Below, one piece after another: positions 51,118-59,655 of a stretch of DNA of 64,000 nt. The notes beneath the pieces were generated by a model. The model had not been told where the DNA came from. It saw only the letters and a program-made list of their open reading frames with translations, and ran no database searches. Position 1 is the stretch's first letter. Each line of letters starts with the position of its first letter. A program made the translations under genes and the position numbers. Source of the DNA: Desulfobacterales bacterium (GTDB taxonomy: Bacteria; Desulfobacterota; Desulfobacteria; Desulfobacterales; SpSt-501); contig JAWOHH010000040.1 in the NCBI GenBank assembly GCA_046496215.1, positions 27,493 through 91,492 of the forward strand, in the 5' to 3' direction.

Positions 51118-51791
51118 GGCTGCCTCCTTTGGGTTGGGGGTTCTTTGACGAGGTAAATGGCCGGCAGGCTGGCCAGGGTCACCAGCCCTTTGATAATGAC
51201 GTTGGCGGCGAAGATCGACCAGACCACATCGGCCGGCAGGCTCCATCCGAAGGCCCCCCAGCAGAAGATCAGGCTGTCGACCGGTATGCTGATTGCGTTG
51301 CTGGTGAGCACCCGCAGCCATTGGAACCGGCTCGTCACCCGGCCGACCCAAATGCGGTAGACCTCGGTGTCGATCATTTCGCTCGCCACCTCGGCTGCGA
51401 TGCTTGCCACGACGATGCGCCACACCGGCCCGAGGACGGCCTCGAACTCCCGGCCCAGGCCCCAGGAGGGGTCCGCGGGCAGCCTCGCCGCCAGCTGCAG
51501 AAACAGCGCCATGAAGAGATTCACCCCCGCCGCGACCACGACCACGGTGCGGGCCGCGGAAATGCCCAGGCGTTTGTGGACCAGGTCGCGCAGGGTGAAG
51601 GTGAGCGGGTAGATGAAGGTGCCCGCGTCGATGCTGAACCCGGCAAGCAGGGCGATTTTAAGGCTGCCGACGTCCGAGAGCATCTGGGCGGCGATGTAGA
51701 GCGACACCAGCAGGATGGCGACGCCGGGAACCGCAGCCGGCGCGGCGGGTTCCGGTCTCTCCACGGTGAGCGGCTCGGTCCGGGGTGTCAT
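51114..51791 (-). CDS. yhhQ: Queuosine-precursor transporter (YhhQ/VUT family, DUF165)
   Basis: GTFIYPLTFTLRDLVHKRLG motif and 6 TM helices. ATGA overlap with the downstream hydrolase gene. Confidence 0.8.
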   Translation of the reverse strand: MTPRTEPLTVERPEPAAPAAVPGVAILLVSLYIAAQMLSDVGSLKIALLAGFSIDAGTFIYPLTFTLRDLVHKRLGISAARTVVVVAAGVNLFMALFLQLAARLPADPSWGLGREFEAVLGPVWRIVVASIAAEVASEMIDTEVYRIWVGRVTSRFQWLRVLTSNAISIPVDSLIFCWGAFGWSLPADVVWSIFAANVIIKGLVTLASLPAIYLVKEPPTQRRQP

Positions 51792-52053
51792 GGACCCGCG
51801 TATAGTCCGAAACCGAAGCCACTGTCAAAGGCGGCGGGGATAAAAAATGGGAAAATACAAAATTGTTATAATATTAATCTTTTTATTACAAATATGATCT
51901 ATTCTGACAACGGTGCCGGCGGGTGGCAAATCCTATAACATTTTGAAATCAATTTGTTTATCGATACTTATGGCATGTGATGTAAACTGGCACGCAGTTT
52001 GAAACGTTTGGCAGGCAGATTTGCCACCACCACCCTGCGGAGGCGGAGCCACC

Positions 52054-52254
52054 ATGAAAACCGATTGGTGCGAAAAACCGGAATCAGGCGCATCGAAGGC
52101 GACCTCGAAACCCCTCACCTGTTCCCACTGCAACCAGTCATTCAAGTCCGAGCTGGACCTCGTGCGCAGCGGCAACGGTGTCCTTTGCATCGCCTGCTAC
52201 GAGGGGCTGATCGAGCCGTTTCCCCGGCTCTGCTGCGACGGCGCCGCTTTTTAA
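52054..52254 (+). CDS. Small Cys-rich (zinc-ribbon-like) hypothetical protein (66 aa)
   Basis: CSHC...CIAC pairs. GGAG SD 5 nt upstream of ATG 52054. Confidence 0.4.
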   Translation: MKTDWCEKPESGASKATSKPLTCSHCNQSFKSELDLVRSGNGVLCIACYEGLIEPFPRLCCDGAAF

Positions 52255-52368
52255 ACGAATCTTTTTGCGGTCGGTTTCAACCCATGCCGCCGAGGGTCGG
52301 CGGCATGCGAATATCATCGGCTTCTGCTCCTTCCAGGTTGTAGCGGTCTATACCCTCCCCGCAGGATC

Positions 52369-54012
52369 CTATCGTCTTTTCGCACCGGACTCGGGCGCTC
52401 TTTCACGCAGGACCCGGCGCAGCGGCTTGCCCACCGGGGACCTGGGGATGATCTCCACGAAGGCGATCTCCCGGGGAACCTTGAAGGCTGCGAGGTGCTC
52501 CCGGCAATAGCTCAGCAGCGCCGGTTTGTCCGCCGGCGCACCCTCCTGCGGCACGACAAACGCCAAAACGGACTCGCCCCTCATCCTGTCGGGTGTCCCG
52601 ATGACCGCCGCTTCCTTGACGTGCGGGTGCCGCTCCAGCACCTCTTCGATATCGCTGGGGTAGATGTTGTAGCCCCCGGAGATGACCATATCGTCCCTGC
52701 GGTCGACGATGTAGAAAAAGCCGTCCGCATCCATGCGCGCGAGGTCTCCGGTGTAAAGCCGGCCGTTGCGGATGGCCTTGACCGTCGACTCCGGGTCTTT
52801 CCAATAGCCGGACATGACCTGGGGGCCGCTTACGACGAGTTCGCCGATCTCCCCCGCCGGGCACTCCCGCTCGCCGGTTTCGATATCCATGATGCGCGCG
52901 TCCGTGTCCGGGATGGGGACCCCGATGCTCCCGGGCCTTCCGGCGAGGTGAAAGGGGCTGATGTGGGTGGTGGAGGATGCTTCCGTCAGCCCGTAGGCGG
53001 CGCTCAGCGCACGGCCGGTCAGGTCCCTGAATTTCTCCTGGACCCAGGGGGCGAGTGGTGCCCCGCCGCTGATGGCAACCTCGATTGCGGCAAGCGGGTA
53101 TTCCCCCGCCCGCGGGTGGGAGACCAGGACGGCCCAGAGCGCGGGAACGGCCGGAAAGGAGATCGGACGGTATGTGCGGATCAGCTCCAGGGTGTCCAGG
53201 ATGTTGGACCAGTCGAACATGGGGATGAGGATCATCCGGTAGCCCTTGGAAACCGGAAGGTTCAGGCAGGTCATCATCCCGAAGACGTGAAAGAAGGGCA
53301 GGATGCAGATCACGGCGCGGTTATGCGGCTCGGGCGTCGGGTGCCAGCTGCCGATCTGGATCGTGTTGGCGACGATGTTGCGGTGGGTGAGGACCGCCGC
53401 CTTCGGCGTTCCGGTCGTCCCGCCGGTGAACTGCAGCACGGCGGGGTCCGCACCGGCTGCGGCCGGTGCGGGCTCTTCCATGGACTGGGCTGCGACGAAC
53501 GGGTTGAACATCAGCGGCGCCATGGCGCTCTCTTCCGGCGGCAGCTCCTTTTCCTTGCCGAACACCGAGTGGATCAGAACGTGCCGGACCGGGGTGCCCT
53601 TCAAGACTTTCCAGAGATTGCCCGCAAAGAGGTCCAGGGTTACGGCGACCTTGGCCCCGGTGTGATTGAGAAATCGGGCCAGCTCCTCGCCGGGGGTCAT
53701 CACGTTGATGTTCACGACCACCGCCCCGAGCTTCAGGATCCCATAGTAGGCGATGACATAGGTCGGGGAATTGGGCAGCAGCAGCGCCACACGGTCGCCC
53801 TTGCCCACTCCGAGCGTTTTCAACCCGTGCGCGAACCCGTTCGCCTTGGCGTTGATCTCGCCATAGGTGATGTCCGTCCCGTAAAGTGTTGTCGCAATGG
53901 CTTCCGGACAGCGGGCGGCGGTGTCGATCAGGAGGCGGGGGACGGGGTGTTCGGGGTATGTCGTGGTGTGGGGGACTCTTTCGCTGTAATGCTGCAGCCA
54001 GGGCTTTGGCAT
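52369..54012 (-). CDS. Long-chain-fatty-acid--CoA ligase (AMP-binding family)
   Basis: FTGGTTGTPKAAVLTH, AYGLTEAS and TGDLARMDADGFFYIVDRRDD. Confidence 0.9.
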   Translation of the reverse strand: MPKPWLQHYSERVPHTTTYPEHPVPRLLIDTAARCPEAIATTLYGTDITYGEINAKANGFAHGLKTLGVGKGDRVALLLPNSPTYVIAYYGILKLGAVVVNINVMTPGEELARFLNHTGAKVAVTLDLFAGNLWKVLKGTPVRHVLIHSVFGKEKELPPEESAMAPLMFNPFVAAQSMEEPAPAAAGADPAVLQFTGGTTGTPKAAVLTHRNIVANTIQIGSWHPTPEPHNRAVICILPFFHVFGMMTCLNLPVSKGYRMILIPMFDWSNILDTLELIRTYRPISFPAVPALWAVLVSHPRAGEYPLAAIEVAISGGAPLAPWVQEKFRDLTGRALSAAYGLTEASSTTHISPFHLAGRPGSIGVPIPDTDARIMDIETGERECPAGEIGELVVSGPQVMSGYWKDPESTVKAIRNGRLYTGDLARMDADGFFYIVDRRDDMVISGGYNIYPSDIEEVLERHPHVKEAAVIGTPDRMRGESVLAFVVPQEGAPADKPALLSYCREHLAAFKVPREIAFVEIIPRSPVGKPLRRVLRERAPESGAKRR

Positions 54013-54076
54013 GACACTCCTCCCGCTATGAGATGGGATCGATGACGCGTGAAAATTCGAGAACGTTGATATGAAA

Positions 54077-54173
54077 CCGGCAACAAAACATGTTCAAATG
54101 GGGATCCGTCCGTCCCGGCCACGCCCACCGGGCTATCCCACCGATAGGGCGTTTGAAGGCATTTTGTTGCCGG
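54077..54173 (+). repeat. MITE-like palindromic intergenic repeat, copy B (short form)
   Basis: 97 nt. Same termini as copy A, but it lacks an 18-nt core segment (about 28271-28288 in copy A; exact boundaries ambiguous because of flanking C runs). Confidence 0.8.
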
Positions 54174-54186
54174 AGTAATAGCGTCT

Positions 54187-55356
54187 TCAGCGGGCAGATG
54201 CAAACAGAGACTTGAGCCGCATCAGGAGCATCAGGTCGCCCTCGACCTTGTATTTGCCGGCCATGAACGCCTGCTGCCCATCGATCTCCCCGCGGGAGAT
54301 CGCCACCCAGACCTCGGCCGGTGTCTTGATGACGACGGACGGCCGGGAGGCCGGCCCTTCGTGGTAGGTGCAGGAGCCTCCGCCAATCATGAGGTGCGCC
54401 GAAAATTCCTCGCCCCCGCTGACGTCGAACTGGAAGACGGCCTCGAGGTCCCGGGCGGCCTCGGGGTTGAAGCCCCGGGGCATGGCCTGCAGCAGCCCGC
54501 GGCAGGAGTGCGCAGCGGTGGTCGCGGGCTCAGAGGGTTTCGCAGCGGCCGCTGGCTTCCCGGTTCTGCGCTTGGCCTTGTGCTGCGCCATCACCTCCTG
54601 CACCCATGCCTTGCGCATGGCAGGGTCCCACGGGGGCTTCTCCCGCTTTTGTTGAATGTAGGCTTCGAAACCCTTGTCCAGGCCGAGCTTCTCCCAGTGC
54701 GCGTAGTCGTCCCGCATGATCGACTCGCGGTAGTCGCGGACCAGGGCCCCCATGAATTGGTAGAAGCGCAGGTCCAAATCGGTGGCCGGGTAGCGGCGTT
54801 TTTCGCGGATGGCGCGGGCCAGGTCATGGGCGAGATCGGCGGCCCGCGCTTCGATCGCCTCCTTGCCGATGAAATCGCCCGGGGCCGTGGCCAGTGCCGT
54901 GAGCCGCCCGACGGCGAAGGCGCCGTAGACCCGCAGGATGAAGGCCAGGTATTCGGAGACCTGGGTCTCCCCGGAGCCGGCCGAGACGCAGATCGCCAGC
55001 CCCGGCTTCCAGGTCGGCCGCGGCTTGTGGCCGAAGGATAGGCTGCGGTCAAGGAAGGTCTTCATCTGCGCGGTCACGTGGAAGAAGTAAACCGGCGAGG
55101 CGAGGATGATCCCGTCCGCATCCAACAGCCACTGGACGACCCCGGCGTGTTCGTCGGGGATCCAGCACTTCCCCTGGTCGATGCAGAAGGCGCAGCCGGT
55201 GCAGTATTCGATGGCGCAGTCGCTCAGGTTGAGCACATCGAGGGCCACGCCCTCGGAGGCGAGTGTGGGGCGCAGCATTTCGATGAGCAGGCCGGTGTTG
55301 CCGACCCCCGCATGCGGGGAGCCGTTGACGGCGACCACAGTGGTCCGATGGTTCAT
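54187..55356 (-). CDS. Flavodoxin-like iron-sulfur flavoprotein (NADPH-dependent FMN reductase fold) fused to an SCP2 sterol-carrier domain
   Basis: The N-terminus VAVNGSPH...CTGCAFCIDQGKCW...ILASPVYFFHVTAQMK is Isf-like. The C-terminus FQFDVSGGEEF...FMAGKYKVEGDLMLLMRL is SCP2-like. Confidence 0.75.
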   Translation of the reverse strand: MNHRTTVVAVNGSPHAGVGNTGLLIEMLRPTLASEGVALDVLNLSDCAIEYCTGCAFCIDQGKCWIPDEHAGVVQWLLDADGIILASPVYFFHVTAQMKTFLDRSLSFGHKPRPTWKPGLAICVSAGSGETQVSEYLAFILRVYGAFAVGRLTALATAPGDFIGKEAIEARAADLAHDLARAIREKRRYPATDLDLRFYQFMGALVRDYRESIMRDDYAHWEKLGLDKGFEAYIQQKREKPPWDPAMRKAWVQEVMAQHKAKRRTGKPAAAAKPSEPATTAAHSCRGLLQAMPRGFNPEAARDLEAVFQFDVSGGEEFSAHLMIGGGSCTYHEGPASRPSVVIKTPAEVWVAISRGEIDGQQAFMAGKYKVEGDLMLLMRLKSLFASAR

Positions 55357-55390
55357 GGCGTGTTTCTCCTTTCATTGCGATCGCGGGGGG

Positions 55391-56176
55391 TCAATCGAGC
55401 CACGGTTCCCGCTCCTCGATCGAGGGCCGGGGCGTATCTTTGAGATTTTTCATGGCGGCCACCCTGTGCTGGAAGAGCCGATCGACGATGTAGGCGCGGC
55501 ACATGCGGGCGCTTTTGACCATTTGCGTCGTTGCGGCCGCATCCTGGGGATCGGGGAGGGCGCCGGTCATCCGGTTGCGCAGCGCCATCTCCCGATCGAC
55601 GATTTTATCCCCCAGATCGGCGTAATAGGCGAGATCTTGGGCCTGGATCCCCAGCCCGAAGGCATCGCGGAGCATCCGCCCCATCTCGACATCCTCGGGG
55701 TCGTACCGGCCGGCTTCAAGGGGCAGGAGCACCCGTGCCTGAAGCAGCTCTTCCAGCCGGCCTGCGCTAAAGCCGGTTTCGCGGCAGAAGGCCTCGGCGT
55801 CGAGCAGCCGTCGAGGGCTCTCGGGCCCGAAGATCTCCTGGTTCAGTCGGAGATAGACCTTGAGACCGGGCCCTTTTTCCCGGTCTTCCAAAAACCGCTT
55901 GATTTCAGTCAGGGTGAGGCGATGGCGTTCCTGCATCTGCTGGATGAGCCGGATGCGCTCGATGCAGACCGGGTCGTAGTAGGCCATGTTGGGGGACGTT
56001 TTCCTGGGCGCTGGAAAAAGCCCCTGGCCCGCGTAGAAAAGGATGGTCGACTTCGGCAGGCCGGTGGCTTCCATGATTTGATTCATTCGAAGCCCCGCTG
56101 CCGGCCGTTTGGGCGTGTTCGCCACGACAGGCTTATTTCGCGAAACATGACCCGGTCGCGCCTTTTTGTTCTTCAC
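55391..56176 (-). CDS. MerR-family transcriptional regulator
   Basis: HTH IMEATGLPKSTILFYAGQGLFPAP...YYDPVCIERIRLIQ. An alternative start at MNQIMEA is possible. Confidence 0.8.
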   Translation of the reverse strand: MKNKKARPGHVSRNKPVVANTPKRPAAGLRMNQIMEATGLPKSTILFYAGQGLFPAPRKTSPNMAYYDPVCIERIRLIQQMQERHRLTLTEIKRFLEDREKGPGLKVYLRLNQEIFGPESPRRLLDAEAFCRETGFSAGRLEELLQARVLLPLEAGRYDPEDVEMGRMLRDAFGLGIQAQDLAYYADLGDKIVDREMALRNRMTGALPDPQDAAATTQMVKSARMCRAYIVDRLFQHRVAAMKNLKDTPRPSIEEREPWLD

Positions 56177-56524
56177 AAATCGCCTCGAGTCGGCAAGGTT
56201 AAAAAAGCAATGTCGCGTTCAAGCACTAACAAATAAGTTGTATAGTGTCAAGTGTCACTTTTTACTTAATATAAAAGGGGTAGGTTCCGATTTGAGCATC
56301 TCTTGTTGCCGGTCCGATACCTGCAGGCGGTGATAAAAACACCCGCCATCCGGCAAAACGATGGAACTGAGATTTTTCCCATGGGGGAGGGCCACGGATT
56401 TGCGGCGGTTGGTTCTGTATACAAGACGCAGATCGCCCCGCAGGGCGTGGATGAAGAAACCGGCTGCCTTCGAGAAGCAGATTCTTCCTTCAAAAGCCCC
56501 GGTGAGCCACGGTGCGTGATTTGT

Positions 56525-57466
56525 TTACATTCCGCTCGGCTTCTGTGCGGGAAAAGCCGGGGCCAACGCCTCGATGGGCCGGATGATGTCCCGCAGTTTG
56601 GCCGTTGCCGGCGAGTCGGCGATGTGCTGGATGAACGGGCGGCCCTCGTCGCAGCAGACGGCGATCTGGGGGTCGATCGGGATGGAACCCAGAAACGGGA
56701 CGTTCATGTCCAGGGCGATGCGCTGCCCCCCGCCTGCACGGAGAATCGGGGTGAGGGTACCGCAGTGCGGGCAGGCGAAACCGCTCATGTTCTCGACGAC
56801 GCCGATGACCGGCACCTTCAGCTCCCGGCAAAATGTGATGGATTTGCGGACGTCCACCGCCGCCACTTTTTGGGGGGTGGTGACGATCACCGCCCCATCC
56901 ACCTGGCCGATCAACTGGCAGACGGAAAGAGGCTCGTCCCCGGTGCCCGGCGGCGAGTCGACGATCAGGAAGTCGAGATCCCCCCAGGCAACGTCTTTTA
57001 AAAACTGTTTAATGGCCCCCATCTTCAACGGCCCCCGCCAGATGACGGCTTCGTCGGGGTTGCGCAGGAAAAAGCCCAGCGACATGACCTTGAGGCCGTC
57101 GACATCGATGGGGAGCAGCTGTCCCTTATCCCCCTCCGGGCTGCGATTCTCCAACCCCAGCATGGTCGGGATGCTGGGGCCGTGGATGTCCACATCGAGC
57201 AGGCCTGCCCGCTTGCCAGCAAGCCTCAAAGCCACGGCGAGATTGACCGCCACGGTGCTTTTCCCGACCCCGCCCTTGCCGGACATCACCAGGATTTTAC
57301 AACGAATCCGGCACAGCCGCTCCTGGAGCTTGCGCCGGTCCTGGAAATCCTGGTCGCTTTCGCCCGACTGGCGATTGCGGGCGGAGCAGAGGGCGTCTTT
57401 GCACGAGTCGCAGGTGGATTCTTTCGAAGAGAGGCGGTCGGGCGTTTTCCGATTTGGAGTGTTCAC
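56525..57466 (-). CDS. Mrp/NBP35-family Fe-S cluster carrier ATPase
   Basis: Deviant Walker A SGKGGVGKST, a CPHC motif, and an N-terminal CDSCKDALC. Confidence 0.9.
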   Translation of the reverse strand: MNTPNRKTPDRLSSKESTCDSCKDALCSARNRQSGESDQDFQDRRKLQERLCRIRCKILVMSGKGGVGKSTVAVNLAVALRLAGKRAGLLDVDIHGPSIPTMLGLENRSPEGDKGQLLPIDVDGLKVMSLGFFLRNPDEAVIWRGPLKMGAIKQFLKDVAWGDLDFLIVDSPPGTGDEPLSVCQLIGQVDGAVIVTTPQKVAAVDVRKSITFCRELKVPVIGVVENMSGFACPHCGTLTPILRAGGGQRIALDMNVPFLGSIPIDPQIAVCCDEGRPFIQHIADSPATAKLRDIIRPIEALAPAFPAQKPSGM

Positions 57467-57511
57467 GGGTAAAATGTCTCCTGATGATTGGGTGGGTGCG
57501 GATGCGGTATC

Positions 57512-58480
57512 TCAGCCGGAGGCACGTTGGCCGGGGGAGCTTCGCACGGTCTCGTAAAAAACGGATTTTTCGCGCCGCACGGTCACGGCCGCCCCCCGGT
57601 CGCAAAGGTCGGCCAGGCGTTTGGCGCTCTCGTGGATGTGCAGGCCGAGGCCGGCGGCGACGCCCTCAGCCGTGCAGGGCCGGATGCGAATCAACGCGAG
57701 AATGTCCGCATCCGTCACAGAACCCGCGGCCGCCGAAGGCCCGCCGACGAACGCCTCGCTGATCACCTCGGCCGCAGGGTCGAACAACGCGGCCAGGGCC
57801 GCCAGCCGTTCGGGCGGCACCGGACGAGCGCCCTCCTCGCATGGGGGCCGGGAAACCGTGTTCAGCTGGACTTTCGCAGGTCTTATTTTCCGGGTCCAGG
57901 CGGCCAGGCGCTCGACCGCTTCGGGGGTCCCGGTGATGCCCTCCAGCAGGAAAATCTCCAGCCAGACGGGTTTGCGAAACCGCCGCGTGAATTCGGCGAT
58001 TCCGTTCACCATGGCTTCAAATTCGATCTTCGGGTGCGGGCGGTTCACCTGTTGAAATCGCCCGGCATCGCCGGCATCTAGAGACGGCAGCAGCAGGTCC
58101 GCCTCCATCAACGACGCTTGGACGTCTCGCGACCACAACATCGACCCGTTGGTGATCACGGCCACCGGCACGGATGTCATGCGCTTGATGCCTCGGACCA
58201 CCTCCCCGATCCCTGCGTGCAGCGTCGGTTCACCCGATCCGGCCAGGCTCACAAAATCCGGGAGCCGGGGGCTGGCGAGTTTTACCGCCACCTCGGCCAG
58301 CAGATCCTCCACCGGCACGTACGCATCGAGCCGGATGGTCTGGTTCGTGGTGTGGCCCAGCTGGCAGTAAACGCAGTCATAGGTGCAGGTCTTGAACGGC
58401 ACGAGATCCACTCCGAGCGATCGGCCGAGCCGGCGGGAGGCCACCGGGCCGTAAACATATTTGAAACGGGTTGTCGTCAT
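57512..58480 (-). CDS. Radical SAM protein (COG0731-like) with a C-terminal winged-helix-like region
   Basis: YGPVASRRLGRSLGVDLVPFKTCTYDCVYCQ (CxxxCxxC). The start overlaps the upstream stop (ATGA). Confidence 0.85.
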   Translation of the reverse strand: MTTTRFKYVYGPVASRRLGRSLGVDLVPFKTCTYDCVYCQLGHTTNQTIRLDAYVPVEDLLAEVAVKLASPRLPDFVSLAGSGEPTLHAGIGEVVRGIKRMTSVPVAVITNGSMLWSRDVQASLMEADLLLPSLDAGDAGRFQQVNRPHPKIEFEAMVNGIAEFTRRFRKPVWLEIFLLEGITGTPEAVERLAAWTRKIRPAKVQLNTVSRPPCEEGARPVPPERLAALAALFDPAAEVISEAFVGGPSAAAGSVTDADILALIRIRPCTAEGVAAGLGLHIHESAKRLADLCDRGAAVTVRREKSVFYETVRSSPGQRASG

Positions 58481-59040
58481 GGACGCCCGCCGCCCCGCCC
58501 CGTGCCGCGCCCCAGTCCTCTTCCGCGGCCGCTGCCGCCGCCCATGCCACGACCTCCGCCGCCGCCCATGCCGCGGCCGCCGCCGGCCACACCACGGCCG
58601 GTGCCGCGGCCGGTGCCGGCAGCCCCGTCGGCCCGGTTCGGATCTCTCGCAGCGCCTTCTGGCGAAAATGGCCGCGGACCGGATGAGGCGGCGGCCGGGG
58701 GTCGATCGGAACGGGTCGATTCGCCGGTTTTGAAGCGTTCGATCGCCTCACGTGCCGTCCCCGAGCATCCCGACACGATGGCGATTCCGGCCGCCTGCAG
58801 GGCCGTTTGCGCATTGGGGCCGCAGCTGCCGGTCAACAGGTGACTGATGGCCCGGCCGGCCAGCAGTTCGGCCGCCTGGATGCCTGCGCCACCCGGCGCG
58901 GCGCGACCGGCGTTTTCTATCGCTTCCACGCCGAGCGTTTCCGTGTCGACCACCAGGATAAACGGGCACCGTCCAAACCGCGGGTCGATCCGCGAATCCA
59001 GGGAGGGTCCTTCAGCGCTGATGGCCACTTTCATTTTCAT
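58477..59040 (-). CDS. NifB/NifX-family (Nitro_FeMo-Co domain) protein with an Arg/Gly-rich C-terminal tail
   Basis: MKMKVAISAEGPSLDSRIDPRFGRCPFILVVD..GAGIQAAELL, then GTGRGTGRGVAGGGRGMGGGGGRGMGGGSGRGRGLGRGTGRGGGRP. Start at ATG 59040 directly after AAGGAGA. Confidence 0.8.
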   Translation of the reverse strand: MKMKVAISAEGPSLDSRIDPRFGRCPFILVVDTETLGVEAIENAGRAAPGGAGIQAAELLAGRAISHLLTGSCGPNAQTALQAAGIAIVSGCSGTAREAIERFKTGESTRSDRPPAAASSGPRPFSPEGAARDPNRADGAAGTGRGTGRGVAGGGRGMGGGGGRGMGGGSGRGRGLGRGTGRGGGRP

Positions 59041-59479
59041 TCTCCTTTGTCGTGTGCTGCTTACGCTTGGATTGCGAGCGCGAGCGGGCGGGTTCTTTTT
59101 TGCGGATTTCGGGACCAGGTGCAGCAGGGGGTTGCGCACGCTGTGCCCCCGGCATTTGAAAGCAGGCGTCCGAAAGCGTCCCGGCCAAAAATGCCTCCAC
59201 CAGAGCCTCGAGATCTCCGCAGACGAACCCCTTCACTCGGACCCCGGCTCCGATCAGCGCGTTTTCCAGCGTCCGGGAAACCGCCCCACAAAGCACCACC
59301 TCGGCGCCCAGCCTTGCCACTTCCTGCGCCCGCCGGACCGGGTCCAAGCTCGCCAGCCTGAAGTTGTCCCGCCGCCGCTCCCGCCCGCGTTCGATGTCGA
59401 TGACCACGATGGCGTCGGAAGCGTCAAACACCGGTGATACGCGGCCTTGCCAGTGGGGAATCGCGATCTTCATCGCCAT
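59012..59479 (-). CDS. NifB/NifX-family (Nitro_FeMo-Co domain) protein
   Basis: MAMKIAIPHWQGRVSPVFDASDAIVVIDIE...VVLCGAVSR..L..AGVRV, followed by a basic C-terminal tail. Confidence 0.75.
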   Translation of the reverse strand: MAMKIAIPHWQGRVSPVFDASDAIVVIDIERGRERRRDNFRLASLDPVRRAQEVARLGAEVVLCGAVSRTLENALIGAGVRVKGFVCGDLEALVEAFLAGTLSDACFQMPGAQRAQPPAAPGPEIRKKEPARSRSQSKRKQHTTKENENESGHQR

Positions 59480-59488
59480 AGATTTCGA

Positions 59489-59503
59489 GCAAGCATCATG
59501 CCA
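59489..59503 (-). promoter_or_regulatory. Sigma-54 promoter candidate (TGGCAT-N5-TTGC) for the NifX-like/radical SAM/Mrp operon
   Basis: The minus strand reads TGGCATGATGCTTGCT. The -12 C is at 59489, which places the predicted +1 at about 59477-59479, on the first ATG. Confidence 0.5.
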
Positions 59504-59578
59504 AACCTCTTTTTGATTGAAACCCTTATTTCCTTGGCACTTAGACAGCGGGTCGGGTAAAATCCGGTTGACAGTTTA

Positions 59579-59593
59579 ATTGCATGATGCAAT
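59579..59593. promoter_or_regulatory. Palindrome ATTGC-N5-GCAAT (candidate enhancer-binding-protein site)
   Basis: ATTGCATGATGCAAT lies about 85 nt upstream of the minus-strand sigma-54 promoter. The same half-sites recur at 61019-61033. Confidence 0.4.
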
Positions 59594-59655
59594 GCTGGGC
59601 ACAGCAATTTTTGGCATTTCGCACGAATAAAGCTTTTTTTCTGCTTGGGGGCAAG

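Noticed and set aside
51792-51960. Looked for a preQ1 riboswitch upstream of the yhhQ-type queuosine-precursor transporter.
   Set aside because: I could find no small hairpin followed by the A-rich ACAAAAAACUA-type tail on the minus strand. Only generic AT-rich promoter-like sequence is present.
59537-59552. TGGCACTTAGACAGC on the plus strand, ~100 nt upstream of the sigma-54 activator gene. This could be an autoregulatory sigma-54 promoter.
   Set aside because: The -12 region is CAGC rather than TTGC, so only the GG-N10-GC skeleton is kept. A chance match is likely.
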